Shown here piece after piece: positions 18,556-27,140 of a stretch of DNA of 39,260 bases. Position numbers and translations under genes: made by a program. The notes under the pieces were generated by a model. It did no database searches. It had not been told where the DNA came from and was given only the letters and a program-made list of their open reading frames with translations. Positions within the stretch are counted from its first letter, which is position 1. Each line of letters begins with the position of its first letter. Origin of the DNA: Granulicella sp. (GTDB taxonomy: Bacteria; Acidobacteriota; Terriglobia; Terriglobales; Acidobacteriaceae); NCBI GenBank assembly GCA_027339965.1, contig DAHWNL010000017.1, positions 1 through 39,260 on the forward strand, in the 5' to 3' direction.

Positions 18556-20064
18556 ATGGCCAGCCTTGGCGCAGCACCAACCCCCGGCCCGGCGTCGGGC
18601 GCAAGATTCAACGCAACCTCCCCCGCAGTCACCGGCGAAACGCCGTATCCGGATCTTGGCCGGCTAGCCGCTGAAGCGGTGGAGCGTGCGCTTGCTCTGG
18701 GTGCCGGCGACGCCGAAGCGGTGGTGATCGGCAGCGAGGAGTTTCACGCCAACGTCCGCCTGGGCCAGGTGGAGCAGCTCACCGAGTCCGGCTCGCGCGC
18801 TCTGGGCCTGCGGGTCTTCTTCGCCGTGGATCCGCAGGATCCATCGGCCGGCTGCCGCACGGCCAGCACCTCCACCAACGATCTCTCCGCAGAGGGCCTG
18901 ACGCGCATCATCGACTCCGCCGTGCAACTGGCCCGGGTGACCGGTCCGGATCCCTTCGCCGGGCTGCCGGCGCGGGAGGCCTTTGGCTCTCACGACCCAG
19001 GCTCCCTGGGGCTCTACTTTGACGACGTGGCGGCCATGCCGGCGAACGAGCGCATCGCCGCCGCGCGGGAGGCCGAGGCTGCCGCCATAGCCTACGATCC
19101 GCGCATTCAGAACAGCGCTGGAGCGGATTTCAGCGCGAACACGATGTGGCGCTCCATGGTGAATTCACGCGGCTTCTCGGCAGCCTACCGCAGCAGCTAC
19201 TGCGGTTTTTCGGTCGCGCCGATTGCTCAGGACGCCGCCGGCTCCATGCAGCGCGACTACTGGTACTCCTCGGCCCGCGCGGCCCGGCTGCTGCAAAGCC
19301 CGGAGGAAGTGGGGCGCATCGCCGCGCGGCGCGTCCTGCGCCGCCTTGGCGCGCGCCGGGCGGCTACCCAGCGCTGTCCGGTGGTCTTCTCGGCGGAGAT
19401 GGCGCGGGGCCTGATGAGCAGCCTGCTGGGCGCGGCCAACGGCGACGCGATCTATCGCAAGAGCTCCATCTTCGCCGACCGGCTGGGAGAACAGGTGGCC
19501 GGCGAAAATATCACCATGGTCGACGATGGGACCATGGTGTTTGAGCATCGCCTGCCCGGCGGCGGAGATTTGCGGGTGGGCGGCTTTGGGACCAGTCCCT
19601 TTGACGGCGACGGCCTGCCGTCGCGCCGCACGGTGATTGTGGAGCGCGGCGTGTTGCGCTCGCTGATGCTGAATACCTACACGGCGCGCAAGCTCTCCAT
19701 GAACTCCACGGGCAAGGCCTCGCGCGGGCTGGCCGGGGCTCCGGGGATCGGCGGGGGCAACTACTTTCTGGAGCCCGGGAACCTGACGCCGGAGCAGATC
19801 ATCGCCGGCGTCTCCTCCGGGTTTTATGTCCTGCAGACCATGGGCCACGGCGTGAATCTGGTGACCGGCGACTACTCGGTGGGCGCCAGTGGACTCTGGA
19901 TCGAGAACGGCGAGCTGGCTTTCCCGGTGGAGCAAATCACCCTTGCGGGCAACCTCAAGGAGATCTTCCATAACATCGCTGCGATCGGCAATGACCTGGA
20001 GTTTCGCGGCGCAGGGGCTGTTCCCACGCTGCGCGTCGAGAGCCTGACCGTGGCCGGAAACTAG
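18556..20064 (+). CDS. pmbA: TldE/PmbA protein (non-catalytic partner of TldD)
   Basis: VRLGQVEQL, MQRDYWYS, G..AARR..RRLGAR, PFDGDGL, GVNLVTGDYSVGASG.WIENGE..FPV..IT.AGNL; lacks HExxH; follows tldD. Confidence 0.92.
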   Translation: MASLGAAPTPGPASGARFNATSPAVTGETPYPDLGRLAAEAVERALALGAGDAEAVVIGSEEFHANVRLGQVEQLTESGSRALGLRVFFAVDPQDPSAGCRTASTSTNDLSAEGLTRIIDSAVQLARVTGPDPFAGLPAREAFGSHDPGSLGLYFDDVAAMPANERIAAAREAEAAAIAYDPRIQNSAGADFSANTMWRSMVNSRGFSAAYRSSYCGFSVAPIAQDAAGSMQRDYWYSSARAARLLQSPEEVGRIAARRVLRRLGARRAATQRCPVVFSAEMARGLMSSLLGAANGDAIYRKSSIFADRLGEQVAGENITMVDDGTMVFEHRLPGGGDLRVGGFGTSPFDGDGLPSRRTVIVERGVLRSLMLNTYTARKLSMNSTGKASRGLAGAPGIGGGNYFLEPGNLTPEQIIAGVSSGFYVLQTMGHGVNLVTGDYSVGASGLWIENGELAFPVEQITLAGNLKEIFHNIAAIGNDLEFRGAGAVPTLRVESLTVAGN

Positions 20065-20177
20065 TGCGTTTTCAGTGCAGGTGTAACGCCACGCCTCGAC
20101 CTCCATGGGCGTTTTCCCCAATGAAAACGCCACTGCACGCCATCTCCGGTGCGCTCATCAACACTGAAAATGCTAGA
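20062..20177 (+). mobile_element. MITE-like interspersed repeat, copy 3 (116 bp)
   Basis: TAGTGCGTTTTCAGTG...CACTGAAAATGCTAGA with the same core and hairpin; begins at the TAG stop codon of pmbA. Confidence 0.8.
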
Positions 20178-20242
20178 GTGCGGCTATCCGCATCCGCCCG
20201 TGGTCCGCATGGGCGCGTAGCGGCGCGAATACAATTTTGCCT

Positions 20243-21517
20243 GTGGCCGCACCTTTTACCTTTCAGCATTGCGCCGAGTTTGATCCCCAAGGCTCCGACG
20301 AGCTTCTATCCGCCCTCCCTTCCGCCCCGGGCGTCTTCGCCTTGCGCGGCGAGGATCCGAGCGCACAGCCCTATTTGAGCCGCGCGGCCAATCTGCGCCG
20401 CCGCCTGCGCCGCCTGCTGGCTCCCGCAGAGAGCACGGACGCGGAAGGAAGACCGGCGCCCAGCCGGCGTCTGAATCTCCGCGCACGGATTCGCTTCATC
20501 GAGTGGACGCCGGCGGGATCGGAGTTCGAGTCCAACCTGCTGCTGTACCAGGCGGCGCGCCAGGCCTTCGGCGCGGAGCCGGCGCGTCTTCGGCTGCGTC
20601 TGCGTCCGCCGTACATGCTGCGCGTGACCCTGTCTGGCCGGCATCCGCGCGTCTACGTCACCAATCGTCTGCAGCGCCGGGCGCTGGCGGAGCTCTTTGG
20701 GCCCTTCCCCTCGCGCGCCGCCGCGGAACGCTACGCCGACGCTGTGCTGGACCTGTTTCAGCTTCGCCGCTGCACGGAGGATCTGGAGCCTTATCCGGAG
20801 CATCCCGGCTGCGTGTACGGGGAGATGAACAAGTGCCTGATGCCGTGCAAACAGGGCCATCCCTCGGCGTGCACTCCGCAGCAGTATGAGCAGGAGGCCC
20901 AGAGGGTCTTCGCCTTCCTGGCCACGCGCGGAGCTTCGCTGCTGGATGAACTGGCCGCCCGGCGCGAGGCTGCCAGCCAGGCCACGGACTTTGAGTCCGC
21001 AGCGGCGCTGCACCAGCAGTGGGAACGGGTGCGCGCTGTGGCTCTGCAGGTTGACCCTCTGGTGGGCCTCATCGGTCGGCTTCGCCTGCTGGTGGTGCTA
21101 CCGGGGCTGCACGGGCAGGCGGAGCGCGCCGCAGATGAAGCTGGATCCGAAGAGATTGGCTACCCGGAAGGATCGGCCGATGCCGCCGTCTTTCGGTTTG
21201 CAGGTGGCCGGTGGAGCGGCCCGCAGCGCCTGCCGGAGCTGGAGATCGGCTCCGGAGGGAGCACGGAGGCTGAACGCGAGCCCGCCGGAACGGAGGGCGG
21301 CCGGGTTGCGCAGACCGAGGTGGATCTCCCTGCGCTGGGCGATGCTCTGGCCCTGCTGCGCCGCTGGTACTACCGCTCGGAGAAGCGGCGCGACGGGGAG
21401 CCGTTCCTTCCCAATCCAGATGGCTCCTGGCCCAAGCGCCGTATTCTCAACGCCGCAGCGCGGATGGCATCGGATCGCTCTGCGCCGGCCGCGGAGAGTC
21501 CCCTTCCTCACTGCTAG
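20243..21517 (+). CDS. UvrC N-terminal-like (Cho-like) protein: divergent GIY-YIG, Cys cluster and UVR domain
   Basis: LPSAPGVFAL...PYLSRAANLRRRL, SEFESNLL, FGPFPSR, LFQLRRC...C.Y.EM.KC..PC, AS...DFESAA. No recognisable RNase H or HhH C-terminal part. Start is GTG 20243 or TTG 20237. Confidence 0.8.
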   Translation: MAAPFTFQHCAEFDPQGSDELLSALPSAPGVFALRGEDPSAQPYLSRAANLRRRLRRLLAPAESTDAEGRPAPSRRLNLRARIRFIEWTPAGSEFESNLLLYQAARQAFGAEPARLRLRLRPPYMLRVTLSGRHPRVYVTNRLQRRALAELFGPFPSRAAAERYADAVLDLFQLRRCTEDLEPYPEHPGCVYGEMNKCLMPCKQGHPSACTPQQYEQEAQRVFAFLATRGASLLDELAARREAASQATDFESAAALHQQWERVRAVALQVDPLVGLIGRLRLLVVLPGLHGQAERAADEAGSEEIGYPEGSADAAVFRFAGGRWSGPQRLPELEIGSGGSTEAEREPAGTEGGRVAQTEVDLPALGDALALLRRWYYRSEKRRDGEPFLPNPDGSWPKRRILNAAARMASDRSAPAAESPLPHC

Positions 21518-21549
21518 ACTTGATGTATCTGAGCGCCGGGAGCAGCCCC

Positions 21550-22236
21550 ATGATCGAACTCGCCTTTTCCATCCTTGCCGCCGACTTCGCCCATCTGGCT
21601 GACGAGATCGCCCGGGCGGCGGACGGCGGCGGGACCATCGTTCATGTAGACGTCATGGATGGCCACTTCGTCCCCAATATCACCTTTGGCCCGCCGGTGG
21701 TCAGCGCCCTGCGTCCCATCACCCCCCTGCCGCTGGACTGTCATCTGATGATTGAGAATCCGGACGAGTATATTCCCGCCTTCGCCGAGGCCGGGGCGGA
21801 TATGGTCTCGGTCCACGTGGAGGCCTGCCCGCATCTTAACCGCACGCTGCAACTGATTCGCGATCACGGCATGCAGCCGGGGGTGGTGGTAAACCCCGCC
21901 ACGCCCATGGCTGCGCTCTCCGAAGTGCTCTCCATGGTGCATCATGTGCTGGTGATGAGCGTCAACCCCGGCTTCGGCGGACAGAAGTTTCTGCCTCGCT
22001 CAGTGGAACGTATCGCGCAGCTTCGGCGGCTGCGCCAGCAGCACGGCCTGAACTACAGGATCGAGGTGGACGGGGGGATTGCTCACGACACGGTAGCCTC
22101 GGTCGTCCAAGCAGGTGCAGAGATGCTCGTGGCCGGGTCGGCCATCTTTGCGCCACGGAATCATCCGGAAGGGGCAGGACAGACCCGGGAGAACGCCCAA
22201 GAGTTCCTGCGTCTGGCGCACGCCGCGGCCGGCTGA
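21550..22236 (+). CDS. rpe: Ribulose-phosphate 3-epimerase
   Basis: SILAADF, HVDVMDGHFVPNITFG, DCHLMI, LVMSVNPGFGGQKF, IEVDGGI, VAGSAIF. Confidence 0.97.
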   Translation: MIELAFSILAADFAHLADEIARAADGGGTIVHVDVMDGHFVPNITFGPPVVSALRPITPLPLDCHLMIENPDEYIPAFAEAGADMVSVHVEACPHLNRTLQLIRDHGMQPGVVVNPATPMAALSEVLSMVHHVLVMSVNPGFGGQKFLPRSVERIAQLRRLRQQHGLNYRIEVDGGIAHDTVASVVQAGAEMLVAGSAIFAPRNHPEGAGQTRENAQEFLRLAHAAAG

Positions 22237-22406
22237 GCCGAAGGCGCCCCTCCTCCCTGGCCTGTGGACGTAGAAGAAGGCTTCCCCAGAGCGATCCCCG
22301 GCCAGATAGAATGAGAGCGGGTGTTGACCTCGCTGCGGGAAGCAGCCGGGTGTCCATCCAGCGCGACCGGAGAAGATTCGGGCGAGGCCGTTGATGGATG
22401 CACCTA

Positions 22407-22493
22407 CGGCGTAAGCCGCGGCAGTTTGGAGTTCAGCGGCGCAAGCCGAGGTAGTTTTGGAGTTCAGCGGCGCAAGCCGCAGCAGTTTGGAGT
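22407..22493 (+). repeat. Three 30-31 bp tandem units, each a CGGC-GYAA-GCCG hairpin plus TTTGGAG, directly upstream of bamD
   Basis: cggcgtaagccgcggcagtttggagttcag / cggcgcaagccgaggtagttttggagttcag / cggcgcaagccgcagcagtttggagt. Confidence 0.9.
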
Positions 22494-22503
22494 AACGACG
22501 CGC

Positions 22504-24501
22504 ATGAAGATTCGGAGTTCCTTGTTCACCCACCCGGCCCGCCACCTCGCCTTTCTCGCCCCGGCTGCTCTCCTCCTGCTGGGCTTTGTCGCCGCATCAC
22601 CCGCACTCCAGGCTCAGGCCTCTGCCGCATCCGCCACGAACAACGCCGGGTCGGCGGCCTCCGCTCCTGCCCAGGCTGCGGCTGCCCCGAGCCATGCGGA
22701 GAAAAAGAAGAAGCACCACTTCAAGCTGTTCAACGCCCAGCGAATTGAACCTGCCACAGTAACCGCCAAGGCGCAGTCCTCAGACACAGGGGCGAAGGCG
22801 GGAAAAAAGAACAAGCCGCATGAGGCGCACGTCAAGGTAGCGAAAGCCGATCGCATTCAGGAGACCAAGGGCACCAAGGCAGAGTTGAAGAAGGAAGCCA
22901 AGTACAATCCCCTGATCGGCAAGGACTCGCAACTGCCGGACAAGCAGCTCTACGACAAAGCCATGGCGCAAATTGCCAGCGGTCACTATGACATCGGCAG
23001 GCTGGACATGCAGGCCCTGCTGGATACCTACCCCGACTCGCAGTACATGATGCGGGCCAAGCTGGCCATCGCCGATGCCTGGTACAAGGAGGGGGGAAGC
23101 GCGGCCTACACCGAAGCCGCGCAGGAGTATCGCGATTTCATCACCTTCTTCCCCAACGTTCCAGAGGCATCCGAGGCCCAGTTGCGGATCGGCGACATCG
23201 ACTTCAAGCAGATGAACGTCCCCGGCCGTGACTACTCCAAGGCGGAGCAGGCCGAGCAGGAGTACCGGACGATGCTGACGCAGTATCCGGACGCGCCCAA
23301 GCCCATTCTGGACGAGGCCCGCCAGAAGCTGCGCGAGGTGCAGGAGATTCTGGCTGAGCGGGAGGCGCAGATCGGCGACTTCTATGCCTCGGAGTCCAAC
23401 TGGCCGGCTGCCATTGCGCGCTACGAGACGGTGGTGGAGACTTATCCGCTGTACAGCCACATGGACGATGTGCTCATCGGCATCGGCGACGCGTATGAGG
23501 CAGAGGCATCGGCAGTGCGCGCTGAGCCCACCTGTACCGCGAACACCACAAAGGGAACTGCCTGCCTTCCGGAGGCCGTCAAAGGCCGTCTGCTTCAGGA
23601 CTATGACGGCAAGGCCGCCCAGAGCTACCGCGCCGTGGTGCTGTATCACTCCGCCGCGCCCCACGCGGAGGAGGCCAAAGAGCGCCTGACGGGCATGAAT
23701 CTTCCCATCCCGACGCCCACCAAGGAAGAGGCCGAGCTGAGCGACGAGCTGGAGAACAGCCGCGCCCCATACAGCTTGCAGAAGCGCATTGAGGTCCTCT
23801 TCATGCAGTCCCCGAACACGGTGACGACGGCCCGCATCGGCCTGCCGCCGCTACAGGATCCTCCACCGGTGCTGGCTCCCACGATCGTCAAGGAGTTGAT
23901 GACGGATTACAAAGATGCCTACAATCCCAACCTGGCCAAGGCGCACCCGGAGCTGAAGGAGAGCGAGGTCTATACGAAATCGGGAGAGACGGCGGCAGCT
24001 TCCGCGCCCGCCCCGGCCTCCACAGCGCCGCCTACGCTGGAGAGCATACCCACCGAGGGCTCCGCGGCAGCGATGAGTAACGACAAGACCGTCACCGTCG
24101 TCGAGCCGGCCAACAACTCCTCGGGAGGTTCGGGGACGGGTCTGGGTGTGGATGTCATCACCCCCGGCTCGGAGGGCGGCTCGAATGCCACCGGCACCCC
24201 GGCCAGCAACCTCCCCTCTGCCACCGGCGCCCAGGATCCAAACTATGGGCTGCCCATGCCCAAGCCTGCGGCCAAGGCTCTGCCGCCCATCGAGAAGCCC
24301 ACTGAGGCTCCCGATCAGGTGAATGACGTGGAGGGACAAGCCACGCCCGTGGCCGAGATCGCCCCGGCCAGCACGAACAGCACCGTGAGCGGCAAGAAGA
24401 AAAAGGGCAAAAAGAAGAAAGCTCAGAAGATTGACAAGAACGATGAGAGTTCCAGCCGAAATAAGCCGAAGCATGGCCTGGACAAACTGAATCCCTTTTA
24501 G
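22504..24501 (+). CDS. bamD: Outer membrane protein assembly factor BamD-like TPR protein with long low-complexity extensions
   Basis: Signal peptide; PDKQLYDKA...LLDTYPDS.Y...AKLAIADAWY, Y.DFITFFPN, LAERE..IG.FY....NW.AA..RY..V...YP; Pro/Thr/Ser-rich and Lys-rich tail. Confidence 0.82.
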   Translation: MKIRSSLFTHPARHLAFLAPAALLLLGFVAASPALQAQASAASATNNAGSAASAPAQAAAAPSHAEKKKKHHFKLFNAQRIEPATVTAKAQSSDTGAKAGKKNKPHEAHVKVAKADRIQETKGTKAELKKEAKYNPLIGKDSQLPDKQLYDKAMAQIASGHYDIGRLDMQALLDTYPDSQYMMRAKLAIADAWYKEGGSAAYTEAAQEYRDFITFFPNVPEASEAQLRIGDIDFKQMNVPGRDYSKAEQAEQEYRTMLTQYPDAPKPILDEARQKLREVQEILAEREAQIGDFYASESNWPAAIARYETVVETYPLYSHMDDVLIGIGDAYEAEASAVRAEPTCTANTTKGTACLPEAVKGRLLQDYDGKAAQSYRAVVLYHSAAPHAEEAKERLTGMNLPIPTPTKEEAELSDELENSRAPYSLQKRIEVLFMQSPNTVTTARIGLPPLQDPPPVLAPTIVKELMTDYKDAYNPNLAKAHPELKESEVYTKSGETAAASAPAPASTAPPTLESIPTEGSAAAMSNDKTVTVVEPANNSSGGSGTGLGVDVITPGSEGGSNATGTPASNLPSATGAQDPNYGLPMPKPAAKALPPIEKPTEAPDQVNDVEGQATPVAEIAPASTNSTVSGKKKKGKKKKAQKIDKNDESSSRNKPKHGLDKLNPF

Positions 24502-24557
24502 TGACGAAATGGGTTCTGCGTTGGGGCTCCCCGGGCAGATTGTCAACTGCTCCCTTG

Positions 24558-24602
24558 AAGTGCGGCGGCCACGGCAACTCCACGCCGTGGCCGCCGCGCT
24601 TT
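24558..24602 (+). terminator. Strong hairpin after bamD (14-bp perfect stem)
   Basis: gcggcggccacggc-aactccac-gccgtggccgccgc followed by gcttt. Confidence 0.65.
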
Positions 24603-24676
24603 GAAGAAGGCTCTCGCAGGCGGAGATGGCCTCGGCTCGCCGGCAAGGAAGGAGATTGGCGACCGGGGAGCGGCGG

Positions 24677-24705
24677 TTGCGCTGCGTGGTTAGCCAATGT
24701 ACCAT
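24677..24705 (+). promoter_or_regulatory. Sigma-70-type promoter of the trp/aro/pro operon leader
   Basis: TTGCGC, 17 nt spacer, TACCAT; ends 8 nt before the leader ATG at 24714. Confidence 0.7.
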
Positions 24706-24713
24706 GGAAGACA

Positions 24714-24788
24714 ATGAAGCTGCTCTACAGCCCGCGATTTACCCCGTCGTTGCGCTACTGGCCTTGGCCAGCGGCATCGGTGGAGTAG
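24714..24788 (+). CDS. Attenuator leader peptide MKLLYSPRFTPSLRYWPWPAASVE (trpL-like, 24 aa)
   Basis: Short ORF between the promoter and a terminator upstream of trpB; Y-W-P-W-P codons at 24756-24770. Confidence 0.75.
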   Translation: MKLLYSPRFTPSLRYWPWPAASVE

Positions 24789-24835
24789 CCTCGCAGGGAG
24801 CTGAAGCAAAACATCCTGCGATCTCCAGATTCCCC

Positions 24836-24872
24836 GAGCCGCAACCCGATCAGGTTGCGGCTTTCGTGTTTT
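24836..24872 (+). terminator. Attenuator terminator hairpin upstream of trpB
   Basis: agccgcaacc-cgatca-ggttgcggct (10 bp perfect) plus ttcgtgtttt. Its 5' arm can alternatively pair with 24771-24780. Confidence 0.85.
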
Positions 24873-24897
24873 GGGGCGGCAGGCGAGGAATGAACGA

Positions 24898-26181
24898 ATG
24901 GCAGTTCAAGGACAGGCGATGGATTCGACAGCGGGTGCGAGGGGAATGATAGCCGGGGCGGCCCGAGAGGCATTGGGACGGTTTGGGGTCTATGGCGGGC
25001 GGTACGTCCCGGAAACCTTGATGGCCGCTCTGTTGGAGCTGGAGGCGGCCTATGCCGCGGCGCAGGCGGATCCGGCCTTCCACGCCGAGCTGAATGGGCT
25101 GTTGAAGGACTACTGCGGCCGGCCGACCCCGCTGTACCTTGCCCGGCGGCTGAGCGAGATGCTGGGTGGAGCGCGGATCTACCTGAAGCGCGAGGACTTA
25201 CTGCACACCGGAGCGCACAAGATCAACAACGCGCTGGGCCAGGCGCTGCTGGCGCGACGGATGGGCAAGCAGCGGATCATCGCCGAGACCGGAGCCGGGC
25301 AGCATGGCGTGGCCACGGCGACGGTCTGCGCCCTGTTTGGCATGGAGTGCGTGGTGTACATGGGCGAGGAAGACATGCGGCGGCAGGAGCTGAACGTCTT
25401 CCGGATGCGCCTGCTGGGCGCGGAGGTGCGTGGGGTAAGTGCGGGTTCGGCCACGCTGAAGGACGCCATCAATGAAGCCATGCGCGATTGGGTGACCAAC
25501 GTGCGGTCGAGCTTTTACATTCTTGGCTCGGCGCTGGGCGCGCATCCGTATCCGACCATGGTGCGGGACTTTCAGCGCGTGATCTCGCGGGAGAGCAAGC
25601 GCCAGATTCTGGAGCAGGCCGGGCGGCTGCCGGATGCGGTGATTGCCTGCGTGGGCGGAGGATCCAATGCGATTGGAGCCTTCTATGAGTACATCCCCGA
25701 AGAGAACGTGGCGCTGATCGGCGTGGAGGCCGGCGGACGCGGTCAGGGGCTGGGCGAACATGCGGCGCGGTTTGCCCAGCAGGGCGGCGGAGTCCCGGGG
25801 GTGTTGCAGGGAACCTACAGCTATGTACTGCAAGATGAAGCGGGACAGATTGCGGCGACCCACTCCGTGAGCGCCGGGCTGGACTATGCCAGCGTAGGGC
25901 CGGAGCATGCCATGCTGCATGACTCCGGCCGGGCCACCTACACCAGCGCCACGGATGCCGAGGCGCTGGAGGCCACCAGGGTGTTGAGCCGCACGGAGGG
26001 GATTATTCCCGCGCTGGAGAGCGCCCATGCCATCGCCGAGGTGATCAAGTTTGCTCCCCGGCTGGGCAGGGAGAAGGTGGTGATGGTGAACGTGAGCGGA
26101 CGCGGCGATAAAGACATGGGGATCCTGACCCGTGAGTTGGACCGGAGCGGCGAGGCGATGGGAAAGGTGAGTGCGCGGTAA
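24898..26181 (+). CDS. trpB: Tryptophan synthase beta chain
   Basis: [30 protein letters not shown] (PLP Lys), [41 protein letters not shown]. Confidence 0.97.
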   Translation: MAVQGQAMDSTAGARGMIAGAAREALGRFGVYGGRYVPETLMAALLELEAAYAAAQADPAFHAELNGLLKDYCGRPTPLYLARRLSEMLGGARIYLKREDLLHTGAHKINNALGQALLARRMGKQRIIAETGAGQHGVATATVCALFGMECVVYMGEEDMRRQELNVFRMRLLGAEVRGVSAGSATLKDAINEAMRDWVTNVRSSFYILGSALGAHPYPTMVRDFQRVISRESKRQILEQAGRLPDAVIACVGGGSNAIGAFYEYIPEENVALIGVEAGGRGQGLGEHAARFAQQGGGVPGVLQGTYSYVLQDEAGQIAATHSVSAGLDYASVGPEHAMLHDSGRATYTSATDAEALEATRVLSRTEGIIPALESAHAIAEVIKFAPRLGREKVVMVNVSGRGDKDMGILTRELDRSGEAMGKVSAR

Positions 26182-26957
26182 TGGCGATCGCATTCAAAAA
26201 GAGACCGGGCCTGGTGATCTACCTGACGGCCGGGGATCCGGATCTGGAGACGACGCGGTTGATGGCGATCGAGGCGATCGACGCGGGAGCGGATGTGATC
26301 GAACTTGGCGTTCCGTTCAGCGATCCGCTGGCGGACGGGCCGGTGATCCAGAGGGCAAGCCAGCGGGCGGTACTGCGCGGGACGCGCTTGGAAGATGTGC
26401 TGAGAGTGTGCCGGGAGATTCGCGCGGCGCGGCCGCAGGCGGGTTTACTGCTGTTCAGCTATCTGAATCCGGTGCTGCGGATGGGGCTGGAGAAGTTTGC
26501 CCGGGCGGCCAGAGATGCGGGCGCCGACGGCGTGCTGCTGACCGACATGATTGTGGAAGAAGCCGAAGAGTATCGCCGGGTGATGCGTCAGGCGGGGCTG
26601 ATGCCGGTATTTCTGGCCGCTCCCACCTCCCCGGATGAGCGCTTGCAGGCTATCGCCGAGGCCTGTGAGGGATTTGTGTACGCGATCTCTCGGGTGGGCA
26701 TCACCGGAACCCAGGCGGAGCTGGCCGGGGATGCCGAGGCGCTGGTGAGGCGCCTGCGCAGGTTCACCCAGCTACCGATTGCGCTGGGCTTTGGGGTGTC
26801 CACGCAGGAGCATGTGCGGGCGCTGGGAGAGTTTGCTGATGCGGCCGTGGTGGGCAGCGCGATTGTAGGGTTGATTGAGCGGACGCCGGCAGAGCAGGCC
26901 CCGCGAGCGGTCGGCGAGTTGGTGCAACAACTCTGCGGAGGAGCAAAAACCGCATGA
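26181..26957 (+). CDS. trpA: Tryptophan synthase alpha chain
   Basis: YLTAGDP, IELGVPFSDPLADGPVIQ, YLNP, GFVYAISRVGITG, GFGVS, VVGSAIV; TAATG overlap with trpB. Confidence 0.97.
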   Translation: MAIAFKKRPGLVIYLTAGDPDLETTRLMAIEAIDAGADVIELGVPFSDPLADGPVIQRASQRAVLRGTRLEDVLRVCREIRAARPQAGLLLFSYLNPVLRMGLEKFARAARDAGADGVLLTDMIVEEAEEYRRVMRQAGLMPVFLAAPTSPDERLQAIAEACEGFVYAISRVGITGTQAELAGDAEALVRRLRRFTQLPIALGFGVSTQEHVRALGEFADAAVVGSAIVGLIERTPAEQAPRAVGELVQQLCGGAKTA

Positions 26958-27140
26958 GCCGCCGTCCGAGCACGTATCATGAGAGCAGACCGTTCGAAGC
27001 AGCGCAGCCTCCGGCTGAACACCAGAGCCCCGCCCGGGGAGCGATGCCGGCGATGCCAGTGAAACAAGCACCTCCGGCGAAACAGAGTGAAGTTGCCGGG
27101 CTATCTTCGCGAGACCCGCGGGCTCGCTCGATGAGGAAGC

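Noticed and set aside
15811..20064. tldD-pmbA as part of a RiPP (microcin-type) cluster
   Set aside because: No precursor peptide, YcaO, radical SAM or exporter gene is adjacent; TldD/E are common housekeeping proteases.
22407..22493. Mini CRISPR array
   Set aside because: The units are directly tandem with no unique spacers, and no cas genes are present.
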